NCBI RefSeq assembly: GCF_009914755.1
Contig: NC_060927.1
Source: the human T2T-CHM13v2.0 reference genome, Homo sapiens
Length of the DNA: 64,000 nucleotides
Strand: one strand, 5' to 3'
Shown one piece after another: positions 30,155-45,551 of the stretch. Position 1 is the stretch's first letter; each line of letters opens with the position of its first letter. The notes beneath the pieces were generated by a model, which was not told the DNA's origin, searched no databases, and was given only the letters and a program-made list of their open reading frames with translations. Made by a program: the position numbers and the translations under genes.

Positions 30155-31130
30155 CAAATCAGGCTTATCCTCACTTAGCAATCACTAGTAGTTTCCCAGT
30201 TGTACTTAGAATGAAATCCAAATTCCGCAATGGCCCACAAAACCCTGCATGATCTCCTCCTGGATAACATCTCTTAGCTCATCTCTTATCATTCTCTCCT
30301 CCCTCCACAAATATTTCAGCAGCACAGAACTTTCTTCTAATTCTCTGTCCCTTAACAGAGCAAAACTTCCTTGAGTCAGTTTATATGCTGAACCCCTTAT
30401 CTGAAGTGCCCTTTCTTTGTTCTGAATGCAATTTCTTATTTTTTAAAAAACCTTTAAATTCCTTCTTATTCTTTAGTTCTCAACTCTAATGCCATATTCT
30501 CAAATACACACACTCTGAATTTCCTTTCTAACTTAGAGTAATTGTGTACTAAATCCACAGATAGATTTTCTTCATCATACTTTATAGATCAAATTCTGTA
30601 TTTATTTGTCTACTTGCTCATTATTTGGTTTGGCTGTGTCCCCACAAAAATCTCATCTTGAATTGTAGTTCCCATAATGCCCACATGTCGTGGGAGGAAT
30701 CCTGTGGAGGTAATTTAATCATGGGTGTTTTTACCCTCATGCTGTTCTCATGATAGTGAGTGAGTTCTTATGAGATCTGATGGTTTTATAAGGAGCTTTT
30801 TTCCCCTTTTGCTTGGCACATCTCCTTCCTGCCAGCATGTGAAGAAGAGGGTGTTTGCTTCCCCTTCTGCCATGATTAGAAGTTCCTGTGGCCTCCCCAG
30901 CCATGCTGAACTGTGAGTCAAATCAACTTCTTTCCTTCGTAAGTTACTCAGCCTTGAGTATGTCTTTATTAGCAGCATGAGAAAGGACTAATATACTACT
31001 TTCTCCCACCAAGTGTAAACTTTCCAAGGGCAAGGAGACCATTTGCTTTTTATCATTGTAAATACCTATTTCCTAGTTAGTGCTTGGGACATAGGATGTA
31101 TTCAATAAAATTTTTTTGATTGAAATGAAT
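30155..31130 (+). mobile_element. L2 3' fragment, split by a THE1 LTR
   Basis: CTTAGAATGAAATCCAAA...AAGGGCAAGGA...TCAATAAA...TGAATT terminus. Confidence 0.7.
30615..30995 (+). mobile_element. THE1C/D solo LTR
   Basis: GGTTTGGCTGTGTCCCCAC...GGACTAATATA; 5-bp TSD CTACT at 30610-30614 and 30996-31000. Confidence 0.93.
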
Positions 31131-31519
31131 TACTCAGTTATTTAAAATCATCTTATAGAAGATTATGTGCAGACAGAAAATGTTTATCATATACTGTTAA
31201 AAAATGGCAGATTACAAATAGATGATCTCAATTTTGTAAATATATGTATATATAAACAAATAGTTGAACACCAAAAAAAAAAAAAAGCTAACATTCTGCA
31301 AGGAAATATACCGAAAACTAGCAGTCATTATTTTGTTTCTTTTTTTTTACACTTTATTGAATTTTTAAATTTTTTTACCCTATACATACATATAAAATTA
31401 AAATCACTAAAAGATCTCAAATATAGTAATTATCTGATGAAGTTTTGTTTTTTCAGAGTTCTTTTTCTCTTTCATCTTTTTATCCATCCTTAATCCTGAC
31501 TAAGAGAAGTTTGTCATGG

Positions 31520-31690
31520 AAATAGCAGACTTGGGTTGAAATTTGTTTACCTCTTTAAAAACATGTGATTTGAGACAAATTGCTGAATTTCTCTGAGCCT
31601 TAACTTTTTCATATAATGAAAATAGTGTTAAATGAGAATAATTAAAACTGTCCCACCTGAGATGATGTGAAAAGGACTTTCTAGTGTAGT
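31520..31690 (+). mobile_element. MIR fragment
   Basis: GACTTGGGTTGAAAT...TCTCTGAGCCTT. Confidence 0.65.
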
Positions 31691-33776
31691 TGCTATAACA
31701 GAATTGAAGGAAAAAAAGGGGAGTAGATCACCTCCCATTCTCCACTTTTCTCTTCTCATTTTACTTTTGTTTATTGTTCTTTTCCTTTTTTCCACCTGCT
31801 TGATCTGTGTCCCCTAAATTCTGGATTCAATCAGAAGTCCTCTGAAAAATCGAAATCTGGTTTATTTGTTTGAAATCTTGTCTGCTCAATAAAACATACA
31901 CTAGGATTGACAGGGCCAGAGAAACTAAACGTCTTCAGGATATTCTGTAAGTGCTGTTTCTAAATTCTCACCACCATTTTCCTTTTTCTCACTGTCTCCT
32001 TTTAAGCTTTGTAACTCTTGGCACCAGGGGAAAAAATTTAAAGTTTTTAAAAAGCAACCTGAGGCCAGAGTTTGAAAAGCTTACAAAAAGAAAAAATTAC
32101 TGTATACATAATATTCTACATCGCCTTTTCCTAGCCAAAAAAGATGTCACAAACTTTTCAAACGTGGAGATGCATAATAGGTTTGGCATATACAGGGGAG
32201 GGGATTGTGGAATCTAATTCCAAACGGGGAAAACAAAGTTTGAATTTATTTTCTAAGTGACTCAGGAGAGATTTAAAAGTTGAAATGTTACCATTTGTTT
32301 GGCTTCTCTCAACAGCATCAGCCATTTTCATTTCACGTGGGAAGAACAATATGAGACAAACAACCTAAGATTAAATGAAACCAGTTGGATTGGAGAGATG
32401 CATTTACATTTTACCACCTGGATAAGTGTATTTTCCTCTTGTGGCTTTATAGGCTTGGGGGCTATTGAAAAATATCTGTCTATAAATTGAATCAACACTC
32501 ATTAAACTCATTAAGAGAAATGTAGTTAGGAATTTAGTATGGAAAGCAAGCCCTTCGTTTTTATTGGATTTTACAATAGGGAGCACTCTAAGCTTTTAGA
32601 CATTAAGGCAGGAAGGGGCTAACTATAGAAATTACTCCAGTGTGGGCTTCGACTTTGGAGAGGCTATGCTTCTCTAGAGAGAATGTATGCACAGCAGAAG
32701 AGTAAGATGAGGCAGATATTTTATTTCCTACACATCCCAAAATAATAACCCTACTCTGATTTATCTTACCATTACCCCATTTTTTCTCCCCCTCATCCAC
32801 AACAGTTCTCTAACTCCTGCCTGGTTTTCCTTTAGTTTCATAACTCTTCACAGATGACTTTTGAAAATATTTCACTCTCTGCAGCCTGATGATGACGACG
32901 AATATTTTGCTGTATGTTCAGAAACAATAAATTATTATATAATTATCACTGTGCACAAGACAGAAGAAACCTATCTCTTGAAAACAACACTTAAAATATT
33001 CACATAAAATGCAAATTAACTGTCCTTTCATAAGAGAATTATCTTTCTGTCCTGTAAAGTTCTTCCAGGATAAAGAATTTCCACTTCCAAAGTTTATTTC
33101 CAATGGTTTCAACTTAGCAAACATGTAAACATGTCCCAGGCTCCAGGAGCTATGCTAGGTACTATACATAGTATACAAGAGGGAAAGAGAGAAGGCAACT
33201 GCCAATCTCTTTCTGGGAACTTTATACCTTACCTTACTGAGGTACCATTTACTATGGATTAAACAGAGTTAAAGAAGATAACTAATTTTTACAAGACAGT
33301 GACCTACCATTTGAATCTGAATTTTCAAAAATCCATGATATTTTCCACTATCCTAAAGTTTGAGACAACTCAGAAGGAAATAAACATTTGTACTAGGATA
33401 AGTCAAAATTCTATTTATCAGAAGTAATCTTAGAAAGAGAGACTACTATATTAATTTGGAATTAATTATTTGATAAGCCCACCCACACCCCATACTATTT
33501 CTGATGGTTCTTTTGGTTTTTGATAAGATGGCAAGGGTGTAAATGACAAGAAAAAAAATGTGTTGTTCCTGGGAAGGAAAGGGGAAGAGGGTGAGCAAAA
33601 AACTTCTAAACCCTTTAGACTCCCCAGTGCATTCAAGTTGGGCATCTGTGAAAACACCTGAAAAACTTGAGCTTCAAGTCATGACCAACCTGGAGGTAAA
33701 ACAGACTCAGTTCAAGTGGATCTGGGAATTGAAGGGGCGGCTTAGATTCTGCTGAAGTGTGAATTAATGTTACATT

Positions 33777-36695
<2,919 letters not shown>

Positions 36696-38007
36696 CTACT
36701 GCTTGGTGTTCCTGACACTCCTGTTTGTGAAGAAATTCCCACATTTTTCAAAGAAAACTAGAGATTGAGACTTCAGCTGTGTGACAACAGAAACTGAAAA
36801 CCAACTCTAAGGGGCTAGAATATAACCTGCCTTTTAAACAAATTGTCTTTTTAGGCCTGGATGTGTTCCAAGGGTGACTGAGGTTGGACTGTAGTGGGAA
36901 AGCCAATATCACCAGATGAACTTTATTTCACAAGGAACAACCAGGATCCCCAAATTGGAAGGACATTGGTGTGTCATCAAAGAATGAAGCATGACTTTGT
37001 TACTTTCTAGAATTGTACCCATTCAATGGTCTAATAATAAGAAAACTTCTGCAAAAATAATGTCAATGCTTTTTCTGTAAGGTAAAAAAAATCTTATAGT
37101 GAGAACCAGACTTGATTCAACATACACTCTGGAGATTAAACTAAAATCCAGCTTTAAAACTGTACCCTATAACCAGCATGGGCATTATAGTTTGTCATAT
37201 TCAGTACACTGTTTGTTCTCTCAGAGGCCATATGCATTATTTTGTAAAAGATAGTTTCAGGCAATGCCTGGAACATCTGTTGAATGATCAATCTTTGCAT
37301 AGTAGCAAAAGGAAAATGCATTATTTCTGTTTTTATCTAGAAATTTCTGGAAAACTTGCAATGTCTTTTTTTAATGTTATGCCTTTGTTTCATGTAGTTT
37401 TCCAGACAAAATAATGAAGACATAAGCAAGCCAAGAGAGTTATCTAAGTTGAAAAGTTTGGATTGTTCTAATTATACCTAATTAGAGATCAAAATGAAAA
37501 GTGCTTAGGGTGAAACCATTAATCAAAAAGAGGTCACTGCTCACTACTCAACAGAATTAAATGTACCAATATGATTTCCTTTTCTAAGTAAGCAATGTAC
37601 TAGTCAATCATTACTTACAACGTGACCCATTTAAATAATTAAACTATATTTCAGGTCTTGTGTGCTATTTGAAGAGGAATAATGAGGTCTTTAATAACAA
37701 TTTCATGCTTGAATTTTCATATCTGGAGGAAAGAAAGCCAATGTTCTGGAGTGGAGGATGAAAATATTAAAGTGTTTTTCTGATATAGAAAGAAAAGAAT
37801 ATACTACTACCCTTTCTTATTCTCTAGATTTGGCATAGATTCTTTGAGAAGCCATTAATATCTACCTAAATAAGCATTCTCTCACCCTCTTTTTAAACTC
37901 CCAGTGATGCCAATTTAAGTAGAATACAAATGGCATTCTATCTCACTATGGAATTGAGTCATAGACTCATGCAATGAGAGAATGGACATGATAGAGATAA
38001 ATGCAGC

Positions 38008-38393
38008 TGTTATGGACTTAATCATGTCCACCTTAAATTCATATTTTAAAGCCCAACCCCAAATATGACTATATTTGGAGATATGGCATTTAAGGAGATA
38101 ATTAAGGCTAAATGAAGTCATAATGGTGGGATCCTGCTTCATTATGTCGATGACCTTATAAGAAGAGAGAGAAAGAGACACCAGGCCTGTGTGAGTACAG
38201 AGAAAAGGCCATGTGAGGCAACAGTGAGAAGGCAACCATCTTTAAGCCAAAGAGAGAGGCCTCTGGAGAAACCAAACTTGCCACCATCTTGAAATTGAAC
38301 TTTCATTCTCCAGAATTGTGAGAAATAAATTTCTGTTGTTTAAGTTATCCAGCTTGTGGTATTTTGTTATGGCAGCCCTAGTGGGCTAATAGA
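38008..38393 (+). mobile_element. MLT1A/B solo LTR
   Basis: TGTTATGGACT...CCAGAATTGTGAGAAATAAATTTCTGTTGTTTAAG...CTAATAGA. Confidence 0.9.
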
Positions 38394-38479
38394 GCAAGCC
38401 TACAAATAAGAACATACCACTGTGTTCTAATAAACATTGCCATCAAATTTGGTATTTCTAATTTAATTAGCCTTCTCTC

Positions 38480-39000
38480 TCTTATTTATTTACTTTTTCA
38501 ACCAACACAGACAATTTACTGATGCTAGGATCAGCATTGGAAAAGATCAGAAATGCCTCTGCTCTCACAGATCTTATGTTCTCATTGAGATACAGAGAAA
38601 ATAAATAATGAAACAAATGATAAACTGTAATTTCTGATAATAAGAAGTCCTGAGAAGTAATTAAACAGTAAGATGATAGAAAGCCTGGAGAAGGGTCTAC
38701 TTTAGGGAGAGAGATCTGGAAGGCCATTGTGAGGAGGTGGCATTTAAGTGGAGAATTGGAGAGTGAGAAGGATCTGAGTGAAGAGCTGGAAAGGAAGTTT
38801 TTCAGAGAAAGGGAATAGCCAGGACAAACTCGTAGTGATGGGAATGAACTTGGTTTGCTTGAGACACTGGAAAACAAGCCAGTGTGACTATAATATCCTG
38901 AACAAACGACAGGGTGGTATGATGCATTGAAAGAAAAGGCTGGTCCTAGAGTAGTACACAGAGTGAATGTTAAAAGTCTAGGGATTCCATTTTCCATTTT
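38480..39000 (-). mobile_element. L2 fragment
   Basis: TTATTTATTT 3' end, TGCTCTCACAGATCTTATGTTCT, purine-rich body. Confidence 0.7.
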
Positions 39001-39009
39001 ATATAGCAG

Positions 39010-40115
39010 TCACTCATATAAGACTATACTTTCATTTTTCTCTCTTCCTTAATATATTGTCTTGTCTAAGCTTCTGTGAGTCTACACTTGCCTCAGTTTC
39101 CTCATAAACTACTGACTGTTCCTTCTAAAACTCCTGTTTGGCCCTTCTCTTTTGTACTGGAAATGTCAGAGGATGCCAGGGGCTAGTCTTTGCCCCCGTC
39201 TCTCTTTCTCACTCATCCAGGCTCTTGACGTCACAGTGGTACTTCAATTCTACCCTGGCATGGCATTAGGTGTTGTCATACTATAATTAACAGCTAAACA
39301 AGCTCTCAATGCCCCCTCCCTGCCTACTCCACACCTAGTTTTCTCTATCTCATAATGGCAGAGCCCTCCCGAGACTTGATGGCTCCAGCCCAAAACCTTG
39401 AAAATGTCTCCCTCTCTCTCACCTGCATTTTCATAATCTACCATTTAGCTCCCCAAACACCTCAAATCCACCCACTTGTCTTCACCAAGTCCAGTCATCA
39501 TTTATTGCCATAACTATAGCAATAGCCTCTTAATGATCTATGAATTTCCATCTTTGTTTTCCCTGCCACCTGTTCTCAATTCAGTGACCAGTGGTCTTAT
39601 AAAGGCAAAAGTCAGATTACATCATTCCCTCCAAAGGCCTCCAATGCCCTTAGAACACAATCTGACCTACCCAGCCAAGCAAGTCATGGCTTCACCTTAT
39701 CCCGACTGGCCTCACATCACTCTCCCCATTGCTCACTGGGCCCCACTGCACTGATCTCACTTCTTTTTTTGCAATACACCAAGCTTATTTCCACTTACTG
39801 TGGACCAACCACACTATTATGTCCCCACTCAGAATTCTCTCTCCACATTTCCATGGGGTGACTCCTTACCTCAGCTCAAAAATCTCCAAGAGGTTTTCCA
39901 TAGCCTCCCAATGTAAAGTGGCCCTCTCCTTACCCACTCCACTATTACCCTCAATCTCATTACACTCTTTCCTTCTTTGTTCTTTCCACAATCTGAAATA
40001 ATGGGGCTTGTTTAATCATTCACTGTCTCCCCTTAGTAATATGTAAGCTCCAAAAGGCCAGGACATTTGTCTACCTTATTTATTGCATGTCCCCCATTCT
40101 ATGCCAAGTAAGTAG
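39010..40115 (+). mobile_element. L2 fragment
   Basis: Pyrimidine-rich body ending ATGTAAGCTCC...GGACATTTGTCT. Confidence 0.7.
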
Positions 40116-40449
40116 ATGGAATCTATAGTTCCTTCTTGCTTCTATGTCACAAAAACAGAGGCTGTTTTCATAGGGATTTCCAAGGTAGTTTTTTACAGTA
40201 CATCTGTGACTAGGATGAAATACATAGGTACGTCTTCCCTCACTGCCAAGAGTTTTACTGATGGAAGTGAACTGGCTCTCCAGAGGAGCAAGTATTGGTT
40301 CTAAAATCCTGTGTTTAATAGGACAACATTGCTACCAGATATTCATTGTGCCTTTGTTTTGCATAGGGTGACTTATCTTGCATCATGCAAATGCTGCAAA
40401 AAAAAATCTAACTGTATTTCTCTTTTAACTGTTCTCAAGGAGTTCATAA

Positions 40450-41080
40450 ACTAAATAATAAAAGAGATGGAAAAACAACTGCAATGTAATATATAATGTC
40501 TAATAATAGAAATATGGACCTAAAAGCATAGGTAAGGGGACAGTTCATGCTTCTTGAGGGTATGGCAGCAAAAAAGACAGCACAGACTGGGGTGACATTG
40601 GGCAAGTCTTTGATGGACAACTGTGAGAACCAGAGAAGGAAGTAGGACATTACTAAAGTGGAAACTGTCTAAAAAGTTAGCCAATGTAAATAAGCATGAA
40701 TTTTTTAAGAGAGGCTTTTTTTTAATAATAAAAGTTTCAATGCCACAGCAAGACAAAATAATACTAACAGTTGTATGCATGTGATATCATAGCCTCGAAT
40801 TACACAAAGCAAAAGTAGATAGAACAAAAACTAGAAATAGGTAAGTTAAATGCCATAGTTGGATATTTTCATACGTTACTCTCAGAGTTTGATAAAACAA
40901 GTAAATAAAAGATCAATAAGGGTACAAAAGATTGAAACACAAAGTTGGCTGAATTTCTATATGTAGAACCTAATACTTAACATTTGCAAAATACACATTC
41001 TTTATAAGTACACATGTGACCTTTGATGATGTAGTCAGAGAAGAAAAATGCATGAAACTTTCTAAGAATAATGAATCATA
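40450..41080 (+). mobile_element. Ancient L1M fragment (endonuclease region)
   Basis: Degenerate ATAGTTGGATATTTTCATAC...CTCAG and GCAAAATACACATTCTT. Confidence 0.6.
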
Positions 41081-41288
41081 TCAAAGATGAGCATCAGCAG
41101 TTATCTGATATAGCTTAATATTGGGGATGGTAATATTTGGTTTCCAACTCTACAATTCTAATTTGCATGCTGACACTATAGATTAGAGTTAACAAAATGA
41201 TTAAATCAAGTTTGCAGCTGTCTTTTGTTTAGACTGCAATGTTTTAAAGAATTCTAATTTGATGCCAACATTAAAAGTCAAGATTTTT

Positions 41289-42865
41289 GTGTCTTCTTGG
41301 GAGACACATCTATTTAAGCCCTTTGTCCATTATTTAATCAGGTTATTTGAGGGTTTTTTTTTTTTTGCCATGGAGTCATAGGAGTTTCTTACATATTTCC
41401 AATATCAACACTTCTCAAATATATGATTTGCAAATATTTTCTCCCCTTCCATAGGTTGCCTTTTCCTTTTGATGATTGTATCTCTTGCTGTGCAGAACTT
41501 TTGAGTTTGATGTAGTCCCACTTGCCTAGTTTTGCTTTTGCTGCCTGCATTTTTGATATCATATTAAAAAAATCATTGCCAACACCAATACGTAGGAGAT
41601 TTTTTTTCCGTTTTCTTCTAGGAGTTTTAGATTTGAGGTCTTATAATTAAGTCTTTAATCCATCTGTATTAATTTTTGTATATAGTGTACAATACAGATC
41701 CAACTTCATTCTTTTGCATGTGGATACCCAGTTTTCCAAATACCGCTTATTAAAGACTCTTCTTTTCTCATTTTGCATTTTTGATGACCTTGTCAAAGAT
41801 TAATTGACCTAACGTGCATAGATTTATTTCTGGGCTCTCTTTCTGTTCCGTTTGTCTACTAGTCTCTTTTTATCCCAGGTTTATGAAAAGGTGCTTGCCT
41901 TTACTAATCATCAGGGTAGTGCAAAAGAAACATACATGAGATATCACTTCACATCTGTTAGCATGGCTATTACTTTTAAAAAACATAACAAGTGTTGGTG
42001 AAGATGTGGAGTAAAGGGAACCTTTGAATACTGTTGGTGGGTATGTAAATTGGTACAGCTGTTTTGGAAAATGGTGTGGAAGTTCTCATAAAAAATTAAA
42101 AATAAAACTGCCATCTGATCTAGCAATTCCACTTCTGGGTATTTATCCATCCAAAGAATTGAAATCAGGATCTCAAAGAGATACCTATACTCTCATATTC
42201 ATTGTAGCATTATTCACTAAAGTCAACACATGGAAACGACCTAAATGCTTATGGATGGATGAATGGATTCAGAAAATGTGGTACTTACATACAATGGATG
42301 TATTATTCAGCCTGAAAGAAGAAAGAAATCCTTCAATTTGCAATCACATAGATGGGTCTGGAGGACTTTATTCTAACAGCAATAAGCCAGACACAGAAAG
42401 ACAAATACTGTATGATCCCACTTATATGTGGAATGTAAAGTAGTCAAACTTGCAGAAGCAGAGAGAAGAATGGTGGTTTTCAGGGGCTGGCGGTAGAGAG
42501 AAGTAGGGTGATGATGGTCAAAGGGTACAACATTTTGGTTATACAAGGTAAATAAATTCTGGAGATCTACTATACATCATAATGCCTATATGTAACAATA
42601 TTGTATTGTATACTTAAATTTTGCTAAGAGGATAGATTTTTGTGTTGTGTTCTTACCATAAATAGTATTAACAATAATAATAATAATAATAATAATAATG
42701 AAGAAGAAGTAAGAGGAAACTGGGAGGTGAGGGACATGTTTACAGTCTTGATGGTGGTGATGGTTTCACGGTGTGTACTTACCCCAGACTCCTCCAGTTA
42801 CATATATTAAATATGTACAGCTTTTTACATGTCAATAACAGCTCAGTAAAGTGGTTTTAAAAAAA
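41289..42865 (+). mobile_element. Old L1 (L1MA10/L1MB-like) with a 5' inversion (41289-41878 on -, 41876-42865 on +), inserted into a MER102-like element
   Basis: Strand switch at TTTTTATCCCAG|GTTTATGAAAAGG; intact 3'UTR and A-tail; MER102-like motifs on both flanks. Confidence 0.85.
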
Positions 42866-44437
42866 TTAACTCAGCAGATCTTACATAAAACTGCGAATTG
42901 CTGACTTTCTTTGAAAGACTAAAAACTGTGTCAAGGCTGGTGGACGCTCTTAAGAAGCTATCATGGGCTGAAGCTGACGGACTGGCTCATTTAGGTGGGA
43001 CAGGCAAGCAGGTTTGACTTTGCCAGAGTTCCCTTCGCACTTAGGTAGGACCCTCATTTTACCTGGCACTGTGCATTCTAAGCTTACTGCTTCTGCCTTT
43101 TGACTTAATGTATTTACTCTGACAAGAAAAATTAAGAGATTTAAGAAAAATGTTTAAGTCAACATTTACTGAAGTGTAATGTACATTAAGAAAAGTGCAT
43201 TAATTGGTAGGTCTTCATACGTTCTCACAAAATAAACTCATTTATGTGACCACCACATAGAACAATAAATAAAAGATTACAACATCCCAAAAGTCTCTCT
43301 CATGTTTCTACCCCTCGTGATTATCAACCACAGAATATAAAAACTATTCTAACTTCTAACACTGTGGATTCGTTTTCACTGGTTTTTCACTTTTTAAAAT
43401 GGGATACTACCGTGTACTATTTTATGTCTGGTTTCTTTCAATCAACGTAATAATTTTGAAATTCATTCAGCTTACTTTTACAACAATAAATTACCCATTT
43501 TCTTTGGTGGATCGTATGCAATTGCGTGAACATATCATAATTTATCCATTCTACTACTGATTGCTCTCAGTTTGCTTCCAGTTTGTGGCACTTATTTATA
43601 ATGCAGTTATTAAAATTCTTTTACATGTCAATTGATGTACATATCTGAGTTTTTCTTTGGAGTATACATGTAAAAGTGGAGTTGCTAGATGAAAAAGTAG
43701 GTATACGCACAACTTTGAAGGATACTGCCAACAGTTTCCTAAAGTGGCTGTATACATTGACATTCTCACCAGGAGTAGCTGAGAGTTCCAGCTGTTCATA
43801 CTGTCACCATCGTTTGGTATTGCAACATTTTATTTTTTTTTAATTGTAGTCATTTTGTTGTTATGTATGGTATCTCATTGGAGTTTTGATTTGCAATTCT
43901 CTGATGACTAATAATGTTAAGCAATTTTCATGCATTTATTTGCTATTTCAATGTCCTTTGCTGGGAAGTGCTTATTCAAGACTTTAGGCTATTTTTAAAT
44001 GGGGGAACTATCTGTTGGCTTTCAGTTTGTATGTGTTCTTTATATATTTTGCATAAATTTCTTGTATGCAGAATTTGGATTAAAATATATTCTTTTAGTC
44101 ACTGGCCAGCCTTTCACTCATTTAACAATGTCTTTTGGTAAACAAAACTTCTTAATTTTTATGATGATAAAAAAATTATTTCAATTTTTATCAATCAGTG
44201 CTTCATCTTCCTTTATCATGAGTGCTTTTTGATCAGTTTTAAATTTTACTTTTGAATTGTTTATTGCTAATATATATTTATAGCCATATCTATTTAATAT
44301 AATGTGAGTGATCTTTGTGTGTTTAACTTGTAACCTGCAACTGTAATAAATGTACTCATGTTTTATATGCTCAATGATGGCATCTTTTCTTATCTTACTT
44401 CACATTTTAGGACCTATGAGACAATGGTGAATAAAGT

Positions 44438-44986
44438 TATATTAGTTGTCTCTTACAGCATAACAAATTACTTTGACATTTAATAGTTTAAAACAACAAA
44501 CATTTACTATTTCATAGGCCAAGAATGTGGGTGATGCTTATTTGAGTGCCTATGGCTTAAGATGTTTCATGAAATTATAGTCAACCAGTTACCTGAAGCT
44601 GTGGTCTTACTGAAGTCTCCAATGGAAGAGTGTAGAAAAGGTGATTTATTTCTGAACCTACTCACATGTTTGTTGGCAGGCTTAGGATCTTCAGTACTTG
44701 AGCATCTTCACATGGCTATGTCAAGAGAGGGCAGCTGGCTTCTCCTCTGGAAAATGACTTAAGAAAGACCACCTACAGGCACACAAGAGAAAGAGAGAAA
44801 GTGTGTTTAGATGGAAGCGACAGTCTTTTTATAGCCTCATCTCAGAAAAACATTCTATCACTTCTGCCATATTTGTTAGAAGTGAATCAGTAAGTCCAGT
44901 CTTGACTCAAGGGGAGAGAATTATACAAGGGTATCAATACCAGAATATGGAAATCATGGGGGACTGTCTTGAAAGTTGCCTAACAC
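44438..44986 (-). mobile_element. MLT1 (E/F-like) solo LTR
   Basis: TATATTAGTT...TTAAAACAACAAACATTTA...GAAAGTTGCCTAACAC. Confidence 0.75.
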
Positions 44987-45239
44987 GGAAGTGGTGATAA
45001 TGGGCTTCTTTGCCTCAATCCTAATCTTTGTAGTGATATTTCCAATATTTCACCATAAATTATACCGTTTATTATAGTTATATTTAATACTGTCTTCAGA
45101 TTGGGAACATTCTCATCTATTCAAAATTACTAAAAGGTTGTTTTTAACTATGAATTTTTTGAATTTTATCCAATATTTTCTCTGTACCTATTGAGATAAT
45201 TATTATTTTCTCCTTTGTTTTGTTAATGAGTGTATTTTC

Positions 45240-45551
45240 TTTTTTCTTTTCTTTTTTTTTTTTTTTTTTTGAGACAGAGTCTCTCTCTGTCTCCCAGGCT
45301 GGAGCACAGTGGCACGATCTCAGCTCACTGGAAGCTCCGCTTCCCAGGTTCACGCCATTCACCTGCTTCAGCCTCCTGAGTAGCTGGGACTACAGGCGCC
45401 TGCCACCACGCCCGGCTAATTTTTTGTATTTTTAGTAGAGATGGAGTTTCACCCTGTTAGCCAGGATGGTCTCAATCTCCTGACCTCGTGATCTGCCTGC
45501 CTTGGCCTCCCAAAGTGCTGGGATTACAGGCGTGAGCCACCGCACCCGGCC
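45240..45551 (-). mobile_element. AluY-like
   Basis: Perfect 19-bp TSD TGTTAATGAGTGTATTTTC at 45221-45239 and 45552-45570; AAGCTCCG, CACGCCATTC and TTAGCCAGGATGG diagnostics. Confidence 0.97.

Noticed and set aside
38482-38997. 171-aa minus-strand ORF
   Set aside because: Lies within a decayed L2; Ser/Leu-rich with no recognisable domain
42672-42700. (AAT)n run
   Set aside because: Ordinary microsatellite in an A-rich L1 3'UTR stretch
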